This document shows positions 48,134 through 57,366 of a stretch of 64,000 nt of DNA, piece after piece (within the stretch, counting starts at the first letter, position 1; every line of letters starts with the position of its first letter). The DNA lies in assembly GCA_963618735.1 (NCBI GenBank), contig CAVEUM010000006.1, positions 4,237 through 68,236 on the forward strand, written 5' to 3'. This DNA is from a bacterium (GTDB lineage: Bacteria; Bacillota; Clostridia; Christensenellales; Aristaeellaceae). The notes beneath the pieces were generated by a model. That model was not told where the DNA came from and made no database searches. It saw nothing but the letters and a program-made list of their open reading frames with translations. Made by a program: the position numbers and the translations under genes.

Positions 48134-49186
48134 ATGCGTCGATTCCTTTGTGTGCTCCTTTGCACGATGCTTCTTTGCTCCACCGCCGCGGCTGAAAAGA
48201 CGGTGCGAATGACCTTTACCGGAGATGTGACCCTGGGCAGCGAAGAATCCAAGAAAGATCAGACAACTTCCTTTGTGTCTGTTGCGGCGGAGCAGGGATA
48301 TGACTATTTCTTTGAAAAAGTCAAAAGCCTGTTTGAACAGGATGACCTGACGGTTGTTAATCTGGAAGGCCCTCTGACGGACAGGAACACGCAGGAGAAT
48401 ACGAAAAAATACTATCGCTTCCGCGGCCCTACGGAGTTTGTTAACATCCTGCTCAGCGGCAGTGTGGAGGCCTGCAACCTGGCCAACAACCATACCTATG
48501 ATTTCGGCAATCAGGGCTATGAATCCACCAAGGCAACCCTTGACGCGGCAGGCATTGGCTACTTCGGCCAGCAGACAACCTATGTGTATGAGAAGGACGG
48601 CATCAAAATTGCCTTCTTTGGCTTGAATTCCACCCAGTTCAATGGCAATCGCAAGTGGGCGAAGGCGGAAATTGAACGCATGAAGAAAGAAGACGGCGTG
48701 AATGCGGTGGTCTTCGTGTTCCATGGCGGGCAGGAATATGGCAAAAAGCACAACAAGAACCAGGAATCTTACGCTTACTTCGCCATTGATGCGGGGGCGG
48801 ATTTGGTGATTATGCACCATCCCCATGTGGTGCAGGGCATTGAGATTTACAACAACCGCACCATCTGTTATTCCCTGGGCAATTTCTGCTTTGGCGGCAA
48901 TAAGGATGTCCGTGCATTGGAAACCATGGTGGCAGGGGTGACCATGACTTTTTCGGATGACGGCGAGTATTTGGGCCAGCAGCTGAATTTGTATCCTGCC
49001 AATATTTCGGGCACCAATCCGTCAAACAATTTCCAGCCGATTTTTGTGGCGGGGGAAGCCGCACAGGATGTGCTGAAGCTTGTGCAGAAGGATACGAAGT
49101 TCACCCTGCCGGAATTTTCGGAAGAAACGGGATGTGTGACACTGGATTATCTGCCTGCATCGGCAACGGATTTAGCAGAAGAGTAA
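48134..49186 (+). CDS. CapA-family secreted protein or lipoprotein
   Basis: Track ORF 48128-49186. ATG 48134 lies 8 nt after AGGAGG. Signal peptide, NLANNHTYDFG, FVFHGGQEYG, HHPHVVQGIEIYNNRTICYSLGNFCFGGN. Paralogue of 1-788. Confidence 0.85.
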   Translation: MRRFLCVLLCTMLLCSTAAAEKTVRMTFTGDVTLGSEESKKDQTTSFVSVAAEQGYDYFFEKVKSLFEQDDLTVVNLEGPLTDRNTQENTKKYYRFRGPTEFVNILLSGSVEACNLANNHTYDFGNQGYESTKATLDAAGIGYFGQQTTYVYEKDGIKIAFFGLNSTQFNGNRKWAKAEIERMKKEDGVNAVVFVFHGGQEYGKKHNKNQESYAYFAIDAGADLVIMHHPHVVQGIEIYNNRTICYSLGNFCFGGNKDVRALETMVAGVTMTFSDDGEYLGQQLNLYPANISGTNPSNNFQPIFVAGEAAQDVLKLVQKDTKFTLPEFSEETGCVTLDYLPASATDLAEE

Positions 49187-49198
49187 AATATGAACAAG

Positions 49199-49234
49199 AA
49201 AACGGCTCTGACAATTTGGTCGGAGCCGTTTTTC
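49199..49234. terminator. intrinsic terminator (A-tract/T-tract flanked, usable in both directions)
   Basis: AAAACGGCTCTG ... CGGAGCCGTTTTT. Confidence 0.7.
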
Positions 49235-49495
49235 GTTGCCTGAAGATTAGCACATCTTCTCCGGAAGCTGCTTTTTGAAATTCTGAGTTTTGACGCCGCA
49301 GCGGGTGGAAACAAGCAGGCAGGCGATGGCCGTACATACACTGAAGCTCTGCACCAGGTCGGAAAAGGCTTTGATGGTGGGGTCAGTGATATTCAGCGCT
49401 ATCTCACGAACAATGATGGACACAAACAGCGTGATAGTGTTCATGATGCGTATCTGCATTGGCGTACGTTTAACGGTTTCAATAAGGGAAAACTA

Positions 49496-49535
49496 CATAA
49501 AATGCGGGAGGCGACAGCTTCTGCCGGCCTCCCGC
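49496..49535 (-). terminator. intrinsic terminator after the carB-dapF ORF
   Basis: Minus strand: GCGGGAGGC (49535-49527) 14-nt loop GCCTCCCGC (49512-49504) followed by ATTTTAT. Confidence 0.7.
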
Positions 49536-49546
49536 ACACGGATGGA

Positions 49547-52500
49547 TTAGATTTCAATCGTTCCTTCAAAGTCGGTCTGGGCATCGCCGGTGAGCCACAC
49601 GCGGCCGCTCTGCTCGTAGCGAACGACCTGCACGCCGCCAGGCAGGCGCATGTCAAGATCCACACCACGGGTGCACAGGCCGTTTTCTACAGCGGCGATG
49701 GCAGTGGCGCAAGCACCGGTGCCGCAGGCAGCCGTTTCACCAATGCCGCGCTCCCAGGTGCGCATCTTCACGCTGCTGGTGTCGATGACCTGAGCAAAGG
49801 ACACTGTTACGCGCTGGGGGAACAGAGGATCACGCTCGATGGACGGCCCAATGCGCTTCAGGTCAATACGGTCAACATCGGGCACAAAGATGACTACATG
49901 GGGATTGCCCATGGAGACACAGCTGATCTCATATTCTTCACCAGCCAGAAGCACCTTGCGCATCATCACGCGGTCGCCGTCCAGCTTTACGGGAATTTTG
50001 GCAGGGGCAAACTCGGGGGTGCCCATGTCCACCAGCACGGAGAACACCGTGTCTTCACGGATGAACAGCTCAGTACTCTTGATGCCTGTACCAAGCTCCA
50101 GCGTCATGTGCTCCTTGCGGGTGCGGCCAGACTCATAGAGGTACTTGGCCACGCAGCGGATGCCGTTGCCGGAAACCTGACCCTCGCTGCCATCGGCATT
50201 GAACATGCGCATCTTGGCGTCTGCCTTGGTGCTGGGGAGAATCAGCACAATGCCATCTGCACCCACGGAACGCTGACGGTCGGACAAACGAACTGCCAGA
50301 GACTCGGGGCTTTCCACCGTCTGGTCGAAGCAATCGAAGTAGAGGTAGTCATTGCCTGTGCCGCGCATCTTCACAAAGCGCAGCTTCTTGCGCTTGACAC
50401 GCATGTCATTGATGTCCACCAGTTCCACATTGGACAGGGTGTAGTGGGAGGTCAGCGCCTGTGCCAGAGCGTTGGCGGTGTCCAGGCTGGTGAACAGCGG
50501 GATGCCGCGTTCCACTGCCTTGCGGCGCATGCGCACGGAATCCAGACGGGGATTGCGTCCCTTGGCGGAGGTGGAAATCACGTACTGTACGTGATCCATT
50601 TCCAGCATCTTTTCCATGGCGTCGTGCTTTACGGTAGCGGCGTAAAGACCATGAGCGGCCAGCGCCTTGGCTGTGCCAGGGGTAGCGAAGAGGTTGAAGC
50701 CAAGCTCTGCAAAGCGGCGGGCGCAAGCTACAGCCTCGGTCTTGTCCACATCGCGAACAGAAACCAGCACGCCGCCGGAGTGGCTCATCTTGTAGCCTGC
50801 GGCCATCAGTCCCTTGTACACAGCCTCCTGCAGGTTGGTACCGATGCCAAGCACTTCGCCGGTGGACTTCATTTCCGGTCCCAGATGGGTGTCAACGTCG
50901 GCCAGCTTTTCAAAGGAGAAGCAAGGAACCTTTACGGCGAAATAGGGGCTCTGACGATAGAGTCCGGTGCCGTAGCCCATGTCACGGAGCTTTTCGCCCA
51001 GCATGGCGCGCACGGCCAGGTCGACCATGGGCACGCCGGTCACCTTGCTGATGTAAGGCACGGTACGGCTTGCACGGGGATTGGCCTCGATGACATAAAC
51101 CTCGTTGCGGTACACGATGTACTGAATGTTGATCAGACCCACCGTGCCAAGCTCCAGGGCAATGTTGCGGGTAACATCGATGAGACGCTTGGTGATGGTG
51201 CCCGTCAGATTCCAGGCGGGGTAGACGGCGATGGAGTCGCCGGAGTGAACACCGGAACGTTCCACGTGCTCCATGATGCCGGGGATGAGTACATCCTCGC
51301 CGTCACAGATGGCATCAGCTTCCGCTTCGATGCCCATCAGGTACTGGTCGATCAAAATGGGATTCTCAATGCCTTGCGCCAGAATGATCTTCATGTATTC
51401 GACAATGTCGCTGTCCTGGTAGGCAATGATCATGTTCTGGCCGCCAAGCACGTAGCTGGGGCGCACAAGCACGGGATAACCCAGATCGTTTGCAGCCTTC
51501 AGGGCTTCTTCGGTGGTCATCACCGTGCAACCCTGGGGACGCTTAATGCCGTACTTTTCCATGGCGGCATCGAAACGCTCACGGTCTTCTGCAGCGTCAA
51601 TGGCATCAGCAGAGGTGCCGAGGATACGCACGCCTGCGTCGCTCAGGGCGTGCGTCAGCTTGATGGCGGTCTGTCCGCCGAAAGCAGCCACAACGCCTAC
51701 GGGCTTCTCCGTGGCGATTACGCCCATCACGTCCTCAACCGTCAGCGGTTCGAAGTACAGGCGGTCTGCAGTATCGAAGTCCGTGGACACGGTTTCGGGG
51801 TTATTGTTGATCATGACCACGTCATAGCCTGCCTTTTTCAGCATCCAGACGCAGTGCACGGAGGCGTAGTCAAACTCAATGCCCTGACCAATGCGGATGG
51901 GGCCTGAGCCAAGCACCACCACGCAGGGCTTCTTGGGACGCTCAGCAAGGAATTCTTCCGCTTCATTCTCGTCATCGTAGGTGGCGTAGAAGTAAGGCGT
52001 TTCTGCGGCAAACTCGGCGGCGCAGGTATCTACCATCTTGTAGACGGGATTGCGGTGTGCAGCCACCTTTTCGCCGGAAAGACGCTCGATGGCCTTGTCG
52101 GGATAGCCCATCTTCTTGGCCTTCAGGTAGGTCTCGGCATCCACATGACCCTGCTTCAGCCGCTGTTCCATGTTGTACAGGTTCAGGTACTTGTGCAGGA
52201 AGAAGTAGTCGATCTTTGTGATTTCATGGAGCTTCTCCAGCGTTACGCCGCGGCCGATGGCCTCATACATGGCGAACATGCGCTGGTCAGTGCACTGACC
52301 GATGAGCTCCAGCAGCTCTTCCGTGGATTTTTCCGCCATGGACTTCATCCGCAGCGTATCGCAGCCGATTTCCGCACCGCGAACGGCCTTCATCAGAGCC
52401 TGCTCCACATTGACACCGATGGCCATCACTTCGCCGGTAGCCTTCATCTGGGTGCCCAGGTTGCGCTTGCCGTAAACAAACTTGTCGAAAGGCCACTTGG

Positions 52501-53572
52501 GCAGCTTGGCGACAATGTAGTCAAGTGCGGGCTCAAAGCAGGCACAGGTCTTGCCGGTAACGGCGTTCTTCATTTCATCCAGCGTATAGCCGATGGCAAT
52601 CTGCGCGGCGCACTTGGCAATGGGATAACCGGTTGCCTTGCTGGCCAGGGCAGAAGAACGGCTGACGCGGGGGTTGACCTCGATAACGGCATACTCGAAG
52701 GAATTGGGATTCAGGGCAAACTGGCAGTTGCAGCCGCCTTCCACGCCCAGGGCGGTGATGATGTCCAGGGCAGCGCGGCGCAGCATCTGGTATTCTTTGT
52801 CTGCCAGGGTCAGGGCAGGGGCGACGACAATGGAGTCACCCGTATGCACGCCCACGGGGTCGATGTTTTCCATGGAGCAGACAGCAACCACGTTGCCCAG
52901 ACTGTCACGCATGACCTCGAACTCGATTTCCTTCCAGCCGGAAATGCACTTTTCTACAAGGATCTGCGTAATGGGGGAAAGGCGCAGACCGTTCTCGGCG
53001 ATTTCACGCAGCTCATCCACCGTGTGGCAAATGCCGCCGCCGCTGCCGCCCAGGGTGTAAGCAGGACGGACGATGACGGGATAGCCGATCTTTTCGGCAA
53101 CTTCCAGGGCATCGGGCACCGTCTCCACAATTTCACTGGGGATGACGGGCTGATGGATGCTCTGCATGGTTTCCTTGAACAGCAGGCGATCCTCAGCCTT
53201 TTCGATGGTTTCGCACTTGGCGCCCAGAAGCTTCACGCCATGCTGCTCCAGAAAACCTTCCTTGGCCAGCTGCATGGACAGGGTCAGACCGCTCTGACCG
53301 CCCAGAGTAGACAGCAGACTGTCGGGCTTTTCCTTCAGAATGATGCGGCGCAAGGTTTCCAGCGTCAGGGGCTCGATGTAGATTTTATCGGCAGAAGCGT
53401 GGTCGGTCATGATGGTGGCAGGGTTAGGGTTGACCAGCACCACTTCCAGACCGGCATCCTTCAGGGCACGGCAGGCCTGAGAACCAGCGTAGTCAAACTC
53501 AGCGGCCTGGCCGATGACGATAGGACCGGAACCAATAATCATGACCCGATGCAGTTCAGGATTCAGCGGCAT
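49547..53572 (-). CDS. carB: carbamoyl-phosphate synthase large subunit fused in frame to a C-terminal DapF-like (diaminopimelate epimerase fold) module
   Basis: Single 1341-aa ORF. MPLNPELHRVMIIGSGPIVIGQAAEFDYAGSQ... runs through the MGS-like domain (about 1056 aa), then MRVKRKKLRFVKMRGTGNDYLYFDCF...GNPHVVIFV...WERGIGETAACGTGACA (about 285 aa). The junction was checked on the DNA. See findings. Confidence 0.9.
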   Translation of the reverse strand: MPLNPELHRVMIIGSGPIVIGQAAEFDYAGSQACRALKDAGLEVVLVNPNPATIMTDHASADKIYIEPLTLETLRRIILKEKPDSLLSTLGGQSGLTLSMQLAKEGFLEQHGVKLLGAKCETIEKAEDRLLFKETMQSIHQPVIPSEIVETVPDALEVAEKIGYPVIVRPAYTLGGSGGGICHTVDELREIAENGLRLSPITQILVEKCISGWKEIEFEVMRDSLGNVVAVCSMENIDPVGVHTGDSIVVAPALTLADKEYQMLRRAALDIITALGVEGGCNCQFALNPNSFEYAVIEVNPRVSRSSALASKATGYPIAKCAAQIAIGYTLDEMKNAVTGKTCACFEPALDYIVAKLPKWPFDKFVYGKRNLGTQMKATGEVMAIGVNVEQALMKAVRGAEIGCDTLRMKSMAEKSTEELLELIGQCTDQRMFAMYEAIGRGVTLEKLHEITKIDYFFLHKYLNLYNMEQRLKQGHVDAETYLKAKKMGYPDKAIERLSGEKVAAHRNPVYKMVDTCAAEFAAETPYFYATYDDENEAEEFLAERPKKPCVVVLGSGPIRIGQGIEFDYASVHCVWMLKKAGYDVVMINNNPETVSTDFDTADRLYFEPLTVEDVMGVIATEKPVGVVAAFGGQTAIKLTHALSDAGVRILGTSADAIDAAEDRERFDAAMEKYGIKRPQGCTVMTTEEALKAANDLGYPVLVRPSYVLGGQNMIIAYQDSDIVEYMKIILAQGIENPILIDQYLMGIEAEADAICDGEDVLIPGIMEHVERSGVHSGDSIAVYPAWNLTGTITKRLIDVTRNIALELGTVGLINIQYIVYRNEVYVIEANPRASRTVPYISKVTGVPMVDLAVRAMLGEKLRDMGYGTGLYRQSPYFAVKVPCFSFEKLADVDTHLGPEMKSTGEVLGIGTNLQEAVYKGLMAAGYKMSHSGGVLVSVRDVDKTEAVACARRFAELGFNLFATPGTAKALAAHGLYAATVKHDAMEKMLEMDHVQYVISTSAKGRNPRLDSVRMRRKAVERGIPLFTSLDTANALAQALTSHYTLSNVELVDINDMRVKRKKLRFVKMRGTGNDYLYFDCFDQTVESPESLAVRLSDRQRSVGADGIVLILPSTKADAKMRMFNADGSEGQVSGNGIRCVAKYLYESGRTRKEHMTLELGTGIKSTELFIREDTVFSVLVDMGTPEFAPAKIPVKLDGDRVMMRKVLLAGEEYEISCVSMGNPHVVIFVPDVDRIDLKRIGPSIERDPLFPQRVTVSFAQVIDTSSVKMRTWERGIGETAACGTGACATAIAAVENGLCTRGVDLDMRLPGGVQVVRYEQSGRVWLTGDAQTDFEGTIEI

Positions 53573-54651
53573 ACTTTGTTTCCTCCCATCAGTGCGATAA
53601 ATCGATCAAACAAGAAGCGGGTATCCAGGGGGCCGCCAGCGGCTTCAGGGTGGAACTGAACGGAGAAGGCGGGCATATCGGTATAATCCACACCCTCGCA
53701 GGTACCATCATTGCCGTTGATAAAGCGCAGAGATGCGTTGGACGGCAGGGTGGCACTGTCTACCGCATAGCCGTGGTTCTGGCTGGTCATGTAGCTCAGG
53801 CCGGTCTTGATGTCCTTGGCGGGCTGGTTGGCGCCGCGGTGGCCGTACTTCAGCTTGCTGGTGGTGGCACCCTGGCTCAGCGCCAGCAGCTGGTGTCCCA
53901 GGCAGATGCCAAAGGTGGGGATGTGATAGGTGCACAGCTGGCGGAGCTGCTCGATAATGCCAACGTTGTCTGCGGGGTCGCCGGGGCCGTTGGAAAGCAT
54001 GATGCCATCGGGCTTCAAAGCAAGAATTTCCTCACAGGTGGCGTCAGCATTGACGGTGGTCACATGGCAGCCGCGCTTTTCCAGCTCACGGCGGATGTTC
54101 GCCTTGGCGCCAAAGTCCCACAGTACCACGTGATAGCTGCCGTTCACGTCATCCTCCGTGGTTTCGGCACAGCTGACATCCTGCACAGCAGGGTGGAAGG
54201 GAAGCTCCTTCAGCTTGGCAACCATAGCAGAAATATCCTGGGGCTTTTCGCTCAGGATGGCAGCGTTCATAACGCCTGCGGAACGGATGGTTCGCGTCAG
54301 GGCACGGGTGTCTACGCCGGTCAGGCAGGGAATGTCATGCTCCTTCAGGAAGTCATCCAGCTTGCCTGCACAGCGGAAATTACAGGGATCATCGCAGATT
54401 TCTCGTGCAATGTAGCCGCTCAGCCAGGGCTTCTTGCTTTCAAAGTCTTCAGGAATGACGCCATAATTGCCAATGGTCGGGAAGGTTTGGATAACAATTT
54501 GACCTTCATAGCTGGGGTCGGTCAGCGTTTCCAGATAGCCGACCATGGCCGTGGTGAAAACCAACTCTGCCATGACGTCCTTTTCGGCTCCTCGCAGTTC
54601 ACCTTCAAATAGTTGACCGTCTGCCAACAAGAGATAACCCTTTTTGCTCAT
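53563..54651 (-). CDS. carA: carbamoyl-phosphate synthase small (glutaminase) subunit
   Basis: Track ORF 53563-54684. ATG 54651 follows GAGGAAG. MSKKGYLLLADGQLFEG...TDPSYEGQIV...GICLGHQLL (catalytic Cys). Overlaps the carB start by 10 nt. Confidence 0.95.
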   Translation of the reverse strand: MSKKGYLLLADGQLFEGELRGAEKDVMAELVFTTAMVGYLETLTDPSYEGQIVIQTFPTIGNYGVIPEDFESKKPWLSGYIAREICDDPCNFRCAGKLDDFLKEHDIPCLTGVDTRALTRTIRSAGVMNAAILSEKPQDISAMVAKLKELPFHPAVQDVSCAETTEDDVNGSYHVVLWDFGAKANIRRELEKRGCHVTTVNADATCEEILALKPDGIMLSNGPGDPADNVGIIEQLRQLCTYHIPTFGICLGHQLLALSQGATTSKLKYGHRGANQPAKDIKTGLSYMTSQNHGYAVDSATLPSNASLRFINGNDGTCEGVDYTDMPAFSVQFHPEAAGGPLDTRFLFDRFIALMGGNKVCR

Positions 54652-54766
54652 ACGCTCTTCCTCACTTCTTGGTGCTGAGTGCACGGTTTTTCATGGAGTC
54701 GATGGTTGCTTTCAGGGGGCTCCTGAAAAGATGCAATGCTTCATAACCCTACCTCCAACTTGATGC

Positions 54767-55411
54767 TCAAGAATTCTTTGCAATTTCTACCGCCTGCATG
54801 GGCGAATGAATGATGTATTCCGCTCCTGCTTCACGGAGCTCTGCTTCCTCGCGGAATCCCCAGGTGACACCCACGGGATGCATTCCTGCGTTCCGTGCAC
54901 AGTTCATGTCCACTGAGGTATCTCCCAAATAGAGAAAATCTGCGGGATCAATGCCGATGTCCTTAGCGATGGCCAGCGCGCCGGCAGGATCCGGCTTGAT
55001 AGGCACCCCTTCCATTTGTCCGCGAACAACGCTGAATGGGACATCAGGAAAATAATGGGCGACAACGTGCTGCGTATCCGCATGGGGCTTGTTGGACAGC
55101 ACGCACAGCTTCAGCCCCATCGTTGCAAGGTGATGCAGCATTTCGGGAATGCCGTCGTAAGGACAGGTCGTTACCTGATTATGGGTTTCATAGTAGGCCT
55201 GATAATCCTGCTGCACCTTGACAGCCAACGCCTGTTGATCCCGAACGGCACGTTGTGCCAGAATCTTTGCACCGTTGCCCACCAGATAGCGGTAAGCATC
55301 TGTCTCAAATTCGCTCAGGCCGTTCAGGCGCAGGGCACGGTTCATGGCATTGGCAATGTCCTGCAGGGTGTTGGTTAATGTTCCATCCAGGTCGAAAAGG
55401 ACAGCCTTCAC
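54767..55411 (-). CDS. HAD family hydrolase (phosphoglycolate phosphatase-like)
   Basis: 214 aa. MKAVLFDLDGTLTNT and YLGDTSVDMNCARNAGM. Confidence 0.8.
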   Translation of the reverse strand: MKAVLFDLDGTLTNTLQDIANAMNRALRLNGLSEFETDAYRYLVGNGAKILAQRAVRDQQALAVKVQQDYQAYYETHNQVTTCPYDGIPEMLHHLATMGLKLCVLSNKPHADTQHVVAHYFPDVPFSVVRGQMEGVPIKPDPAGALAIAKDIGIDPADFLYLGDTSVDMNCARNAGMHPVGVTWGFREEAELREAGAEYIIHSPMQAVEIAKNS

Positions 55412-55500
55412 AAGGTTACCTCCCTGTTCATCACGCGTTTTACATGCATTTCAGAAAGAAGGGAAGGACACCGCCCATTGTGCAGTGCCTTCCCTTCAAA

Positions 55501-56229
55501 CTATTTGCTTTGCATAAATTCATAAATACCAATAGAAGCGGCAATGGAAAGATTCAGAGAATCGATTTTTTCATTGCTGGGAATACGAACAGGCTGGCCG
55601 ATATGGGAAAACTCAGCAGGGAGGCCGCTTCCCTCATTGCCAAAGATCAGCGTCCACGTTTCGGGAACGCCGCCAGCCAAAACATCAGGGAGACTCCTGG
55701 ATCCATCCAGCATGAAAGGATACATCATCCGCTGACCGAATTCCTTGGCATAGGTTTCAAAATCTTCATAAACATGGATGCGAAGAGAGAAAATGCTGCC
55801 CATGCTGGCACGAACCACGTGAGGATCAAACACGTCCACGCAGGGACGAACCAGTGCCACATCTTCAATGCCAAAACCGAGGGACGTGCGAAGAATCGTC
55901 CCTACATTGCCACGGTCAGAAGGATGATGGAGAACCACGTGGGGCTTTCCTGCATCCAGCGTATCCTCGAATTTATGAAACACTGCCGCCGCAAAACAAT
56001 TTTCCTTACCGGAAATACGGCTCAGCGCCTTGTCGGCTTCTTCCACGCGAATATGCAGCTGATCGGCCAATTGCGTCAGCTTCTGTGCTCCCTCCGTGTT
56101 AGCAGCCTTGCTGTGCAAAAGAACACGGCTGGCGCATTCGGGACGATGGAGCAAACATTCCATGGACGGGAAAAAACCGGGGGCGTAGCCATAATCCAGG
56201 TCAGATCGATAAGTCGAAAGCGACGGCAT
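55501..56229 (-). CDS. TrmH/SpoU family RNA 2'-O-methyltransferase
   Basis: 242 aa. SDRGNVGTILRTSLGFG, IFGNEGSGLP and SLNLSIAASIGIYEF are SpoU motifs 1-3. Confidence 0.85.
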   Translation of the reverse strand: MPSLSTYRSDLDYGYAPGFFPSMECLLHRPECASRVLLHSKAANTEGAQKLTQLADQLHIRVEEADKALSRISGKENCFAAAVFHKFEDTLDAGKPHVVLHHPSDRGNVGTILRTSLGFGIEDVALVRPCVDVFDPHVVRASMGSIFSLRIHVYEDFETYAKEFGQRMMYPFMLDGSRSLPDVLAGGVPETWTLIFGNEGSGLPAEFSHIGQPVRIPSNEKIDSLNLSIAASIGIYEFMQSK

Positions 56230-56243
56230 ACCGTTCCTCCTTG

Positions 56244-57161
56244 TCAGAACAGAGCTTCCACAAAATCCTTTGCTGAGAAGGGCTGGAGATCATCAATCCC
56301 TTCGCCCACACCGATGTACCACACAGGCACTTCCAGTTCCTGACGAATTGCCAGCGCAATGCCGCCCTTCGCGGTGCCGTCCAGCTTTGTCAGAATGATG
56401 CCGCCGATTTCGGCGAACTCCTTGAAGGCCTTGGCCTGCGCCAGACCGTTTTGTCCTGTGGTGGCATCCAGCACCAAAATGCAGCGGACGTCCGCTTCGG
56501 GATATTCCCGATCAATGACGCGGCGCATTTTGTTCAGCTCGTCCATCAGGTTCTTTTTGTTGTGAAGACGGCCGGCGGTGTCCACAATCAGCAGATCAGC
56601 CTGCTGTGCCTTGGCGGCCTTGATGCCATCGAAGACCACCGCCGCAGGATCCGCACCTTCTTCATGCTTGATAATCGGCACACGGGCACGATCTGCCCAG
56701 ACGCTCAGCTGTTCGGCAGCGGCGGCACGGAAGGTATCGCCTGCGCACAGCATCACACGGCGGCCAATGGACTGGAAACGCAGCGCCAGTTTGCCGATGG
56801 TGGTGGTTTTGCCCACGCCATTGACGCCGACCACCAGCATGACCATGGGCCACTTCAGCGGGGGACGGGGAATATCCATTTGTTCGATCATAATCTGCTT
56901 CAGCGCGGCTCGTGCTTCGGCAGTATCTTTCATATTTTCGCGCTTCACACGGTCACGAAGCTCATCGAGGATAGCGGTGGTTGCTTTTACGCCGCAGTCA
57001 GCCAGAAGCAGAATGTCCTCCAGCTCTTCATAAAAATCCTCGTCGATTTTGCGATTTTCTTTCACCAGTTCGTCAACTTTATCGGTAAGGTTGCCGCGCG
57101 TTTTGCTCAGGCCTTCCCACAGGCGCGCGAACAGACCCTTCTTCTTAGGCTCGCTCATCAC
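56244..57161 (-). CDS. ftsY: signal recognition particle receptor FtsY
   Basis: 305 aa. [35 protein letters not shown]. Confidence 0.95.
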   Translation of the reverse strand: MMSEPKKKGLFARLWEGLSKTRGNLTDKVDELVKENRKIDEDFYEELEDILLLADCGVKATTAILDELRDRVKRENMKDTAEARAALKQIMIEQMDIPRPPLKWPMVMLVVGVNGVGKTTTIGKLALRFQSIGRRVMLCAGDTFRAAAAEQLSVWADRARVPIIKHEEGADPAAVVFDGIKAAKAQQADLLIVDTAGRLHNKKNLMDELNKMRRVIDREYPEADVRCILVLDATTGQNGLAQAKAFKEFAEIGGIILTKLDGTAKGGIALAIRQELEVPVWYIGVGEGIDDLQPFSAKDFVEALF

Positions 57162-57181
57162 AAAACCTCCTTATCCCTCAC

Positions 57182-57210
57182 ACTATACCACATTTTTTCT
57201 CTTCAATCAA
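57182..57210 (-). promoter_or_regulatory. sigma-70-type promoter (extended -10) of ftsY
   Basis: Minus strand: TTGATT (57210-57205), 17-nt spacer, TGgTATAGT (TATAGT at 57187-57182). Confidence 0.6.
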
Positions 57211-57262
57211 CCATAGAAAATGGCCAATTCACGTCCTGAAGATGACATCTTCTGAAATATAC

Positions 57263-57291
57263 TGGACAAAATGCTCTGTAAAAGGTACAAT
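57263..57291 (+). promoter_or_regulatory. candidate promoter of the glycosyltransferase pair
   Basis: TGGACA (57263-57268), 17-nt spacer, TACAAT (57286-57291). Confidence 0.5.
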
Positions 57292-57366
57292 GTACGCTGG
57301 AGAATGTGTAGACACTCGCCTTTCTTTTCGTGAGGCGATGAATCAGAAATCAAGGAGGGATTCGCT

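Noticed and set aside
54729-54746. Possible ARG box (ArgR/AhrC operator) or PyrR-binding attenuator upstream of carA.
   Set aside because: On the minus strand, TATGAAGCATTGCATC matches only half of the TGAAT-N4-ATTCA consensus. The nearby hairpin CTTTCAGG...CTGAAAG lacks the PyrR loop motif and a U-tract. The match is too weak to call.
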